From assembly GCA_950097015.1 (NCBI GenBank), contig CATNEN010000011.1, forward strand, positions 3,968,001-4,032,000: 64,000 nucleotides of DNA, given 5' to 3'. This DNA is from Macrostomum hystrix (Eukaryota > Animalia > Platyhelminthes). The translations under genes and the position numbers were made by a program. This document shows positions 50,516 to 61,438 of the stretch, one piece after another; the first letter of the stretch is position 1, and the number at the start of each line of letters is the position of its first letter. Below the pieces are notes generated by a model. That model was not told the DNA's origin, ran no database searches, and saw only the letters and a program-made list of their open reading frames with translations.

Positions 50516-51634
50516 CTGCATATTTTAACAATAGGACCAAGCCCACAAGCCCTTTTGCCGCCCGTTTTTTATACCCTTCTATATAAATCTTTCTAGATAT
50601 ATGTAGGTCACCACCGAAGACGCAGATGATGCAGGCACATTGGGTGTGATTCTGATAAATTTTTAAGGCCTGGCAAGGCCGCACTGAGACGCAGTGCTAA
50701 TTAGCGTATGGTGGTGTATGAAATACACTAGCGCTAATGGAAAAAATCTGGCCCTCGGCCAGAACCATTGAATATCTAGACGGTCTAAAGAGCTGGCGAT
50801 TTGATTCTTGTTTCAGAATATGCGCAACAAAAATTTGGCCCGTGTTCTTGAGTTTCGTGTGCTTGCGTTGCTCCGTTCGGGTGCAGCATAAAAAAATTGT
50901 CACATTGATAGTTCAACTGTTAAAGTTTAAAGTTAACGATTAACGCAAAACATAGCGTCAACTAATTATGGCTTAAGTGGCTTAAGTTCACCGATTTGCT
51001 AAGTCGGTGTAGCTCGTACCAGATGTCCGCGGACTATCCTAACTGGTACAGATTTTACTGCTCAGTGTTACTAGCAATTAGTATTTATAATTATTATTTT
51101 CGCTTAAAGATTCCTGCAGTTTATTAAAAGTAGTGTATTGCGTGTTTGCTTATCTTGACGAGAAAAAAGTTCTTACATTTCCTGTAGTTCATGTGGTGAT
51201 TAAATAGATACAATCCAGGTTAAGGCATATTATTGTTTAGCCAATTTGGCTTGTCACTTTAACTAGCTTTTATTTGCTTCAATTTTTTGTTTTATTTCTT
51301 ACAAGAAAAATATTGCTTGTTGTTCAGAATTATAGTTACACACTTGCAAAAAAAACTATTTTTTTATTAATTTTATTAACACAATTGTTCATTCATTATT
51401 ACTTGATTCCAAAGTCAATAACTTTTTAATTTTATTGGTAGACAAGAAGATTAGCTACTTTTTTATCTATAGCTACTGAATAGGTTCTCGTTGTCTTGTT
51501 TGAACCATTAGTTGTAGCCTAACTCGAGTGGCTCGTATTATTCGTTTATATTCTTGCGCCATCAATCAAGCAATTAAAAAGCAATCAAGTTTTTGTTTTG
51601 AAAACATATTTGTTATATTTTTGTGTTCTTTTTT

Positions 51635-52330
51635 TCTGACCAATCAAAAAGCTTCACCATAGAAATGCCACTGACCAATCAGAAAGCGTCACTGTAGATA
51701 AACTTTTAATCAATCACAAGACTACACTGTAGATAAGCCACAGACTAATTAGAATGCCTGCGGGTGCGGGTCTAGTGTCACCAAATGATTTGCCACTGCT
51801 CGCAGACCTGCAATTATTTTTTGTAATTATTTATAATGCCTCATTGTGGATAAGCTAGTGGCCAATCAGAAAACATCACTGTAGATAAGCTACTGACTAA
51901 TCGGAAAGCCTCACTGCAGGGGTAAAATTTTTATCAATCGGAAAACTGCACTCTAGATAAGCCACGACTAATTAGAGTGCCTCCTTTTGTATAAGATACT
52001 GATCAACCAGAAAGCGTCACTGTAGATAAACTACTGACTGATCCGTGGGCGTTACTGTAGATAAACTACTGACCAACCAGAAAGCGTCACTGTAGATAAA
52101 CTACTGACCAACCAGAAAGCGTCACTGTAGATAAACTACTGACCAATTAGTAGGCGTCACTGTAGATAAGCAACTGACCAATCCGTAGTTTAATCAAACT
52201 ACTAACTCTCTGATTCCTCCCACATTTCTGGTCACTGCGTGGCTGGCGGGAGCAGTTTGTTGTTGTTGTTGACTAATTAGTAGGTGTACTGAATAGGTGT
52301 ACTGAAGATAAGCTACTGACCAATCAAAAA
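51635..52330. repeat. Degenerate tandem array rich in CCAAT (ctgaccaatcagaaagcgtcactgtagataa...) upstream of the zinc-finger gene
   Basis: Repeated ccaatc/ccaacc plus cactgtagataa units. The array is interrupted at about 51757-51815 by an inverted copy of the hairpin repeat. Confidence 0.8.
51757..51815 (-). repeat. Dispersed hairpin-containing repeat, copy 3 (5' fragment, inverted)
   Basis: The reverse complement aattgcaggtctgcgagcagtggcaaatcatttggtgacactagacccgca matches copy 2. Confidence 0.7.
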
Positions 52331-52394
52331 GCTTCACGTGATAAAAATCTTGATGGCTAGTTTATAAATGCCCTGAATGTTCTTTTCCAGCGCC

Positions 52395-55269
52395 ATGGCC
52401 GAACCTCAGTCGTCGGGCCCTGGCACATCCGCAATTGACCAGCCTAAAAGTGGAATCAAAGCGAACCAGATGCTTGTAGTTCGTCAAACTGCGAATCCTG
52501 ACGGCTCGTCTCGTCCAGTTTACACCATAGTTCGCAAGCCGTCCTCCACTGCAGCTAGCCTGCCGCCTACTAGTCAACTGGCTGATAAGCCCCACAATCA
52601 GCCACAACTAGTCAGCATCGATGAATCGTCAGCATCGGATCAATCCATGACCGACTCGGCTGTCTATGGCGAATCATTCTGGATTGACGATTTCGGCTGT
52701 GACACCGTTATGGAGGTCGCGCCGGGACTTGCCAGACAGTCCAATCAGCAGGCAGCTGGCGGCGACGGTTCGTCTAGCTCCGCCACCTTGACTCACCTGG
52801 TGATCGAGAGCGGCTCTGCGTCTTCGAGTCGACTGTTGCGCTGTCGTCTGGGTCCTGAAGGCTCGTCCGGATTGGCTAGCCAGAAGCTTCGTCTGCCGGC
52901 TCTGACGGATTCATCGGCGACTCTTTCCAGCGGCGCTGTATCATCCGCCGCTCCCAAAATGCTGCAGTGCTCAAAATGCGGCAAACATTTCCGCAATCTC
53001 TACTCACTGGAGCATCACATTTGTGGGCCTAGAAGGAAACATTTGAGCAGGCAACAGGTATGTTTGGCTTGACGGGCTGTAGCAATCTGGCTTGTGATCT
53101 GCGAGCGTTTGAAATTATCCCCTCAGTTTAGTAGGTTATCCCCTTAGTTAGTAGATTATCCCCTTAGTTAGTAGATTATCCCCTCAGTTTTCGAATTATC
53201 CCTCAGTTAGTAGATTATCCCCTCAGTTAGTAGATTATCCCCTCAGTTAGTAGATTATCCCCTCAGTTTGTAGATTATCCCCTCAGTTTGTAGATTGTCC
53301 CCTCAGTTAGTACAGATTATCCCCTCAGTTTGTAGATTATCCCCTCAGTTTGTAGATTATCCCCTCAGTTTGTAGATTATCCCCTCAGTTTGTAGATTAT
53401 CCCCTCAGTTTGTAGATTATCCCCTCAGTTTGTAGATTATCCCCTCAGTTTGTAGATTATCCCCTCAGTTTGTAGATTATCCCCTCAGTTTGTAGATTAT
53501 CCCCTCAGTTTGCGAATTATCCATCAGTTTGTAGATTATCCCCTCAGTTAGTAGATTATCCCCTCAGTTAGTAGATTATCCACTCAGTTAGTAGATTATC
53601 CCCTCAGTTTGTAGATTATCCCCTCAGTTTGCGAATTATCCCCTCAGTTAGTAGATTATCCCCTCAGTTAGTAGATTATCCCCTCAGTTTGTAGATTATC
53701 CCCTCAGTTTGCGAATTATCCATCAGTTTGTAGATTATCCCCCTCAGTTAGTAGATTATCCCCTCAGTTAGTAGATTATCCCCTCAGTTTGTAGATTATC
53801 CCTCAGTTTGCGAATTATCCCCTCAGTTAGTAGATTATCCCCTTAGTTAGTAGATTATCCCCTCAGTTTTCGAATTATCCCTCAGTTAGTAGATTATCCC
53901 CTCAGTTAGTAGATTATCCCCTCAGTTAGTAGATTATCCCCTCAGTTAGTAGATTATCCCCTCAGTTTTCGAATTATCCCCTCAGTTAGTAGATTATCCC
54001 CTCAGTTTGTAGATTATCCCCTCAGTTTGCGAATTATCCCCTCAGTTAGTAGATTATCCCCTCAGTTAGTAGATTATCCCCTTAGTTAGTAGATTATCCC
54101 CTCAGTTTGTAGATTATCCCCTCAGTTTTCGAATTATCCCCTCAGTTAGTAGATTATCCCCTCAGTTAGTAGATTATCCCCTCAGTTAGTAGATTATCCC
54201 CTCAGTTTGTAGATTATCCCCTCAGTTTGCGAATTATCCCCTCAGTTTGTAGATTATCCCCTCAGTTTTCGAATTATCCCCTCAGTTAGTAGATTATCCC
54301 CTCAGTTAGTAGATTATCCCCTCAGTTAGTAGATTATCCCCTCAGTTTGTAGATTATCCCCTCAGTTTGCGAATTATCCCCTCAGTTTGTCGATTATCCA
54401 TCAGTTTGTCGGTTATCCATCAGTTTATGGATTATCCCATCAGTTTATGGATTATCCCATCATTTTATGGATTATCCTTCAGTGTGCAAATTGTCCCCTT
54501 AGTTTGCAAAATATCTCCTCAGTTTGTAGATTATCCCATCCGTTTATGGATCATCCCATCAGTTTATGGACTATCCCCTCAGTTTGCAAAATATCCCCTC
54601 AGCTTGTAGATTGTCCCCTCAGTATGCTAATTATCCCCTCACACCAAGTCACACGGTCTCGCTAAACCGCAGGTTCAGCATCAGGAAGTGAACGGAGTTC
54701 GCTATTACCTGTGTCCCGCCTGCCGCAAGCCATTCAAGTGGATCGGCAATCTCACCCGTCATTTTCACACGCACACCGGGGGCAGATTTTTTCGCTGCGA
54801 AATCTGCGCCAAATCGTTCTTCACCTCCTACCAGGTGAAGCGGCACATGAATAGCCACCTTGGTGTCCGCTACAAGTGCACTGTCTGTGCCAAACCCTTC
54901 ACCTGCAAGTACTCCTGCACTTGGCATATAAGGCAGCATCTGCTGGCCCAGCAGCAACAGCAGCCGCAGCCACAGATTCAGCAACAGCAGCAGCAGCAGA
55001 AGCAGCAACAACCTTCCCTAGTAGTTCAACAACAGTGGATTAAAAATCTTAGCAAGATTCCTAGCGTTAATTACAAAGTAGATATCGACGAGGATGATGA
55101 GGACACTGAATCAGAAGAAGAAGATAATTATAATGATGATGTCGAAGTGGAAGCGGTGCCAGCTAAACTGGTCGATAGTCGAGTTGATCGACGACCGAAT
55201 GCTAGCCCCGCGTCTTCGCCAGTTGCCACTGTCACCGTGAAGACATTTTCTGGCACATCCGCTTGTTAG
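52395..55269 (+). CDS. C2H2 zinc-finger protein (4 fingers, poly-Q and acidic C-terminus); 2 exons
   Basis: Exon 52395-53057 (cag|gtatgt) joins 54673-55269 (aaccgcag|) in phase 0. Fingers: CSKCGKHF..L..LEHH, CPACRKPF..IGNLTRHFHTH, TGGRFFRCEICAKSF...VKRHMNSH and CTVCAKPF...CTWHIRQH. There is an alternative in-frame ATG at 52377. Confidence 0.88.
53115..54640. repeat. 20-bp minisatellite (gtagattatcccctcagtt[ta]) in the zinc-finger intron
   Basis: Direct tandem repeat that decays toward the acceptor at 54672. Confidence 0.96.
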
Positions 55270-55294
55270 TGCTTGAATAAATGTGCAATCGTGT

Positions 55295-57225
55295 TCTGAG
55301 TGACTGAAGGTTATTCCCTGAAGTTACTGTCTGAGTGACTGAAGATTATTCCCTTAAGTTACTGTCTGAGTGACTGAAGGTTATTCCCTGAAGTTACTGT
55401 CTGAGTGACTGAAGGTTATTCCCTTAAGTTACTGTCTGAATGACTGAAGGTTATTCCCTGAAGTTACTGTCTGAGGGACTGAAGGTTATTCTCTGAAGTA
55501 ACTGTCTGAGGGACTGAAGGTTATTCTCTGAAGTAACTGTCTGAGGGACTGAAGGTTATTATCTGAAGTAACTGTCTGAGGGACTGAAGGTTATTATCTG
55601 AAGTAACTGTCTGAGGGACTGAAGGTTATTCTCTGAAGTAACTGTCTGAGGGACTGAAGGTTATTATCTGAAGTAACTGTCTGAGGGACTGAATGTTATT
55701 CGCTGAAGTTACTGTCTGAGGGACTGAAGGTTATTCTCTGAAGCAACTGTCTGAGGGACTGAAGGTTATTCTCTGAAGTGACTGTCTGAGGGACTGAAGG
55801 TTAGTCTCTGAAGTTACTGTCTGAGGGACTGAAGGTTATTATCTGAAGTAACTGTCTGAGGGACTGAAGGTTATTCTCTGAAGTGACTGTCTGAGGGACT
55901 GAAGGTTATTCTCTGAAGTGACTGTCTGAGGGACTGAAGGTTATTCTCTGAAGTAACTGTCTGAGGGACTGAAGGTTATTCTCTGAAGTAACTGTCTGAG
56001 TGACTGAAGGTTATTCTCTGAAGTAACTGTCTGAGGGACTGAAGGTTATTCTCTGAAGTGACTGTCTGAGGGACTGAAGGTTATTCTCTGAAGTGACTGT
56101 CTGAGGGACTGAAGGTTATTCTCTGAAGCAACTGTCTGAGGGACTGAAGGTTATTCTCTGAAGCAACTGTCTGAGGGACTGAAGGTTATTCTCTGAAGTT
56201 ACTGTCTGAGGGACTGAAGGTTATTCGCTGAAGTGACTGTCTGAGGGACTGAAGGTTATTCTCTGAAGTTACTGTCTGAGGGACTGAAGGTTATTCTCTG
56301 AAGTGACTGTCTGAGGGACTGAAGGTTATTCTCTGAAGTGACTGTCTGAGGGACTGAAGGTTATTCTCTGAAGTGACTGTCTGAGGGACTGAAGGTTACT
56401 CTCTGAAGTAACTGTCTGAGGGACTGAAGGTTATTCTCTGAAGTGACTGTCTGAGGGACTGAAGGTTACTCTCTGAAGTAACTGTCTGAGGGACTGAAGG
56501 TTATTCTCTGAAGTAACTGTCTGAGGGACTGAAGGTTATTCTCTGAAGTAACTGTCTGAGGGACTGAAGGTTATTCTCTGAAGTTACTGTCTGAGGGACT
56601 GAAGGTTAGTCTCTGAAGTTACTGTCTGAGTGACTGAAGGTTAGTCTCTGAAGTTACTGTCTGAGGGACTGAATGTTATTCGCTGAAGTTACTGTCTGAG
56701 GGACTGAAGGTTATTCTCTGAAGCAACTGTCGGAGGGACTGAAGGTTATTCTCTGAAGTGACTGTCTGAGTGACTGAAGGTTATTCTCTGATGTTTCTGT
56801 CTGAGGGACTGAAGGTTATTCTCTGAAGTGACTGTCTGAGGGACTGAAGGTTATTCTCTGAAGTGACTGTCTGAGGGACTGAAGGTTATTCTCTGAAGCA
56901 ACTGTCTGAGGGACTGAAGGTTATTCTCTGAAGTTACTGTCTGAGGGACTGAAGGTTATTCGCTGAAGTGACTGTCTGAGGGACTGAAGGTTATTCTCTG
57001 AAGTTACTGTCTGAGGGACTGAAGGTTATTCTCTGAAGTGACTGTCTGAGGGACTGAAGGTTATTCTCTGAAGTGACTGTCTGAGGGACTGAAGGTTATT
57101 CTCTGAAGTGACTGTCTGAGGGACTGAAGGTTACTCTCTGAAGTAACTGTCTGAGGGACTGAAGGTTATTCTCTGAAGTAACTGTCTGAGGGACTGAAGG
57201 TTATTCTCTGAAGTAACTGTCTGAT
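55295..57225. repeat. 35-bp minisatellite (gactgaaggttattctctgaagtaactgtctgagg)
   Basis: The period was checked at 55571/55606. It starts just after the AATAAA (about 55277) that follows the ZNF stop. Confidence 0.97.
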
Positions 57226-57794
57226 ATTTAGAAAGTACTGTTAAGTTTTTCTAATAAGACCAGCAAGGTAACAAGTAAAGAATTTACTTGTCGTTGAGTT
57301 TCGTGACTTGTTTAGTTCTATTGTTTCTAAAGCTTATTATCTTTTATATAGTCAGTCCCAAAATATTGTTATTGACTTCATAATTTTGGGATATGTTTTA
57401 TAATAAAACAAATAAAACAGCTTAATTCCGTAAATTTCCAAATATATTTCCTGGCATTTGACTTGTTAGCTTCTTGTCAATGTTTTGTTAAATTTTTATA
57501 AAGTGAATATTGTCTGTGAATATGTTAGAGCATGTATCATGTTGTAAAAGATGTACATATGTAATTTTTTATCAAGTTCTCACACCTGCTCAGTTAAATT
57601 AATAAAATGGCTCTAACACCATCGCTGTTGGTGTGACGGTTAGTTCTTTTTAAAATCTATAATTCTTTTTTTGCGTTTACTTGTCTAACCACTATAAGTA
57701 GAGCTACAAGTTTTTATGTTCTTTTTCGAGCAGCAAACATCCTCTTTTATCTTTCAGAGACCTATAGATTTTCTAATCTATCTTTCTGTCTCGT

Positions 57795-58540
57795 TGATCC
57801 CCATTCTCACCTACTCTTTGATCCCCATTCTAACCAACTCCTTGATCCCCATTCTCACCTACTCTTTGATCCCCATTCTAACCAACTCCTTGATCCGGAT
57901 TCTCACCTACTCTTTGATCCCCATTCTCACCTATTCTTTGATCCCTATTCTCACCTATTCTTTGATCCCCATTCTCACCTACTATTTGATCCCCATTCTA
58001 ACCAACTCCTTGATCCCCATTCTCACCTTCTCTTTGATCCCCCCATTCTCACCTACTATTTGATCCCCATTCTAACCAACTCCTTGATCCCCATTCTCAC
58101 CTTCTCTTTGATCCCCCCATTCTCACCTACTATTTGATCCCCATTCTAACCAACTCCTTGATCCCCATTCTCACCTACTCTTTGATCCCCATTCTAACCA
58201 ACTCCTTGATCCCTATTCTCACCTTCTCTTTGATCCCCATTCTAACCAACTCCTTGATCCCCATTCTCACCTATTCTTTGATCCCCATTCTCACCTACTC
58301 TTTGATCCCCATTCTCACCAACTCCTTGATCCCCATTCTCACCTACTCTTTGATCCCCATTCTAACCAACTCCTTGATCCCCATTCTCACCTACTCTTTG
58401 ATCCCCATTCTAACCAACTCCTTGATCCCCATTCTAACCAACTCCTTGATCCCCATTCTAACCAACTCCTTGATCCCCATTCTAACCAACTCCTTGATCC
58501 GGATTCTCACCTACTCTTTGATCCCCATTCTCACCTACTT
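57795..58540. repeat. 24-bp minisatellite (ttgatccccattctcacctactct)
   Basis: Direct tandem repeat. It explains ORFs 57716..58063 and 58134..58583. Confidence 0.96.
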
Positions 58541-59269
58541 TTACCTTTTCATACTCATAAAAATAGGTAATTTAAATTTCTAACAGATGTTGTTTAAAAT
58601 TTTCACCTTTAAGTTCGGCGCTATCAAAGAAGTCGTAATTAAATTGCAGCCGAAGTCTTGGTGTTTTCGGCTCGCGCAGTTAATCAAATCAATCAATTTT
58701 GTTAAAATATTATAAATAGAAATATTTTTGTAATAAAGAACAGTAATAACTGGCCTGATACTGGCTGTGAAGGCCGGCAAAATCAAAGGCGTCGTGGTGT
58801 TTTGCCAACAGTCGTGTCAGCCGCAGCCAGTCTGACGGTCGGGTTGTTCAAGCGAAGATGATGCCGAAAACTAATGATAACATCGAAGACCAGTTGGAAG
58901 ATTGAGGACGATGCCAAGCAGCAACAGCAGAATGAGCTTCGCAATCGCGTCATCTTTAGAAAACGTTGCATAATGCGTGAACCGGCTAAGGGCTTTTAGT
59001 ACGCCCGATAAGATTTTTAGATGTCTTGCCCCACTGCAGGCTTTTGATTCAAATAAAAATTGGAAATAGGAAATTGTGAATTGGAAATAGGTAATTATGG
59101 GAAAAATAGGATCAGATAGAAAGGGTTAATAAGATAGGCAAAATTAGGATCAGTGAGAAGGATCGGAGGGTGAGGGATCAGCGAGAGAGGATTAAGGGAA
59201 GGAATAGGGATCAGCGAGAGATGATTAAGGGAAGCAATAGGAATCAGTGAGAGAGGATTAAGGATTCGG

Positions 59270-59962
59270 AAGTAAATAGCTGAGATGTGGAAGTAGATAG
59301 CTGAGTTGTGGAAGTAGATAGCTAAGGCGTTAAAGTAGATAGCTGAGATGTGGAAGTAGATAGCTGAGTTGTGGAAGTAGATAGCTAAGGCGTTAAAGTA
59401 GATAGCTGAGATGTGGAAGTAGATAGCTGAGTTGTGGAAGTAGATAGCTAAGGCGTTAAAGTAGATAGCTGAGTTGTGGAAGTAGATAGCTGAGATGTGG
59501 AAGTAGATTGCTGAGATTCGGAAGTAGATAGCTGAGATATGGAAGTAGATAGCTGAGATTCGGAAGTAGATTGCTGAGTTGTGGAAGTAGATTACTGAGG
59601 TGTGGAAGTAGATTGCTGAGATTCGGAAGTAGATTGCTGAGGTGTGGAAGTAGATAGCTGAGATGTGGAAGTAGATAGCTGAGATTCGGAAGTAGATTGC
59701 TGAGATGTGGAAGTAGATTACTGAGGTGTGGAAGTAGATTGCTGAGATTCGGAAGTAGATTGCTGAGGTGTGGAAGTAGATAGCTGAGATGTGGAAGTAG
59801 ATAGCTGAGGTTCGGAAATAGATTGCTGAGGTGTGGAAGTAGATAGCTGAGGTGTGGAAGTAGATTGCTGAGGTGTGGAAGTAGATTGCTGAGGTGTGGA
59901 AGTAGATAGCTGAGATTCGGAAGTAGATTGCTGAGATTCGGAAGTCGATTACTGAGGTGTGG
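59270..59962. repeat. 21-bp minisatellite (gtggaagtagat[at]gctgagat)
   Basis: Direct tandem repeat. It explains ORF 59456..59968. Confidence 0.95.
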
Positions 59963-60004
59963 TAGCAACTCGAACTAAATGCAAATCATATACACTTATT
60001 ACTA

Positions 60005-60075
60005 CCCATGTTCAGTCCATGGACTGGGGTAGTGGGGTGCCACACTCACTCAAATTTCTAGCCATCCGATGCTAA
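60005..60075 (-). mobile_element. SINE 3' fragment
   Basis: The minus strand reads gtgtggcacccc...cccagtccatggactgaaca, matching the SINE 3' body. Confidence 0.55.
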
Positions 60076-61438
60076 GATGTTAGTGTTTTTGTATACAATA
60101 TTGTGAATTTGTCTGGTGTCATTGCAGTGTCTTTCTGTCTGCCTGTTTGTTTGTTCATGTGTTTTTCACGCCCGGGTATTTTCCACATTCCTCGTTTAAT
60201 TCTAATAGTACAATTTTTCTAACTTTGATTAGATTTCTGGCAGTTTTTTCAAGTACTTGCTTGATAGGGTAATATCGTAGTGACTCATTTGGCTTGTCTG
60301 CCTGTCTGTGATTGATTAGCGCTATCTGTTTTTAAACAGCGAAACTTGTACTTTTGTCACCTTTTCAATGCAAAATAAGGTTATCATTATCTTAAACAAA
60401 ATCTGGCTGGTAGTAACTGGTAATTTGTTTTTCTCTTAAAGACCTAAAGTGTTCTGCCACCCTGCTTGTTTTGGTTTGAAATCAATTTAGCGTGTGTCTG
60501 CATTTCGAAAAATGTCGCATTGTGTACTTGTTATTTTTTCGTGATTTTTTCTTTTTATGTTGAATACTTTTTGTAGTATAGGCATCTAATTTAACGTAGA
60601 GCCAGTATGTGTATTAGTATACTATTTAGAGAACGAGTATACAATAATTAGTTAGCACGAGCACATCTCGTGCACATTCACTTGTGCTTCCCTTCTGTGT
60701 TCCACTTCGACGCACGCATTGGTTGTGTGTTCCAGTGATCTGACCGAACCATGTGCGTTGCGCGTGCTTTTCATTTTCAGCGTGGGGGAGGTCAACCCAT
60801 GCGACGCTTGTCATGTTGCGTTGTACACGAAGGTCCAGTAGGCAGTGAGCGTGTACTGATCACGCATTGTGTTGCTGCTCTATTAAATCATGCAAGAAAA
60901 GTGATGGTGTGAATGTGAATAGGGGTTTGTGTTCTCGCTCTGTGACGAAATCAAACATGAAGAAATGACTGCCTTAACCATGGACAAAGGCGGAATGAAT
61001 TCCCGCGCCGCGTCACGTCCTTCGCGCGTGTTTATATTTTTGCGGCTTCTATTTTCTAGGTCATTCTGAAAATTCTAATAGACTGAGGGGGAATTCCCAA
61101 TGTATGCGTGTTTCTAAATTTAGAACACGCCACGCGCTCTCGCGAGTGATATTTCTCAGTTAACAGCCTTGGGCCAACCAACCCCCTCCGCTGACACTTC
61201 CTCGCTGACTCCCAGACCCAGACTAGCCACCCTTCTTCGGACCGAGGCCTGTGAAGCTTATCGGAGGGGTGGTCGTTGCGTGGACTGATTTGCCCTCATC
61301 TATTTTGATATAAATATCGATTGTAGACTCCTGTTTTATTTATGACCTGTCTGTCTATTGTGCGAAAACGTCTTTTGTCGTGTGGCTTTCAAATAGCCTG
61401 CAGTCTAGACAACGCAAGGTATTTTCTATTCCTAAGAC

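Noticed and set aside
5283-59962. Tandem arrays as CRISPR arrays
   Set aside because: The units are contiguous near-identical monomers with no unique spacers. The context is eukaryotic and there are no cas genes.
61064-61075. NF-kB-like site GGGGAATTCCC upstream of the DGAT1-like gene
   Set aside because: It is a single short motif with no supporting evidence and could occur by chance.
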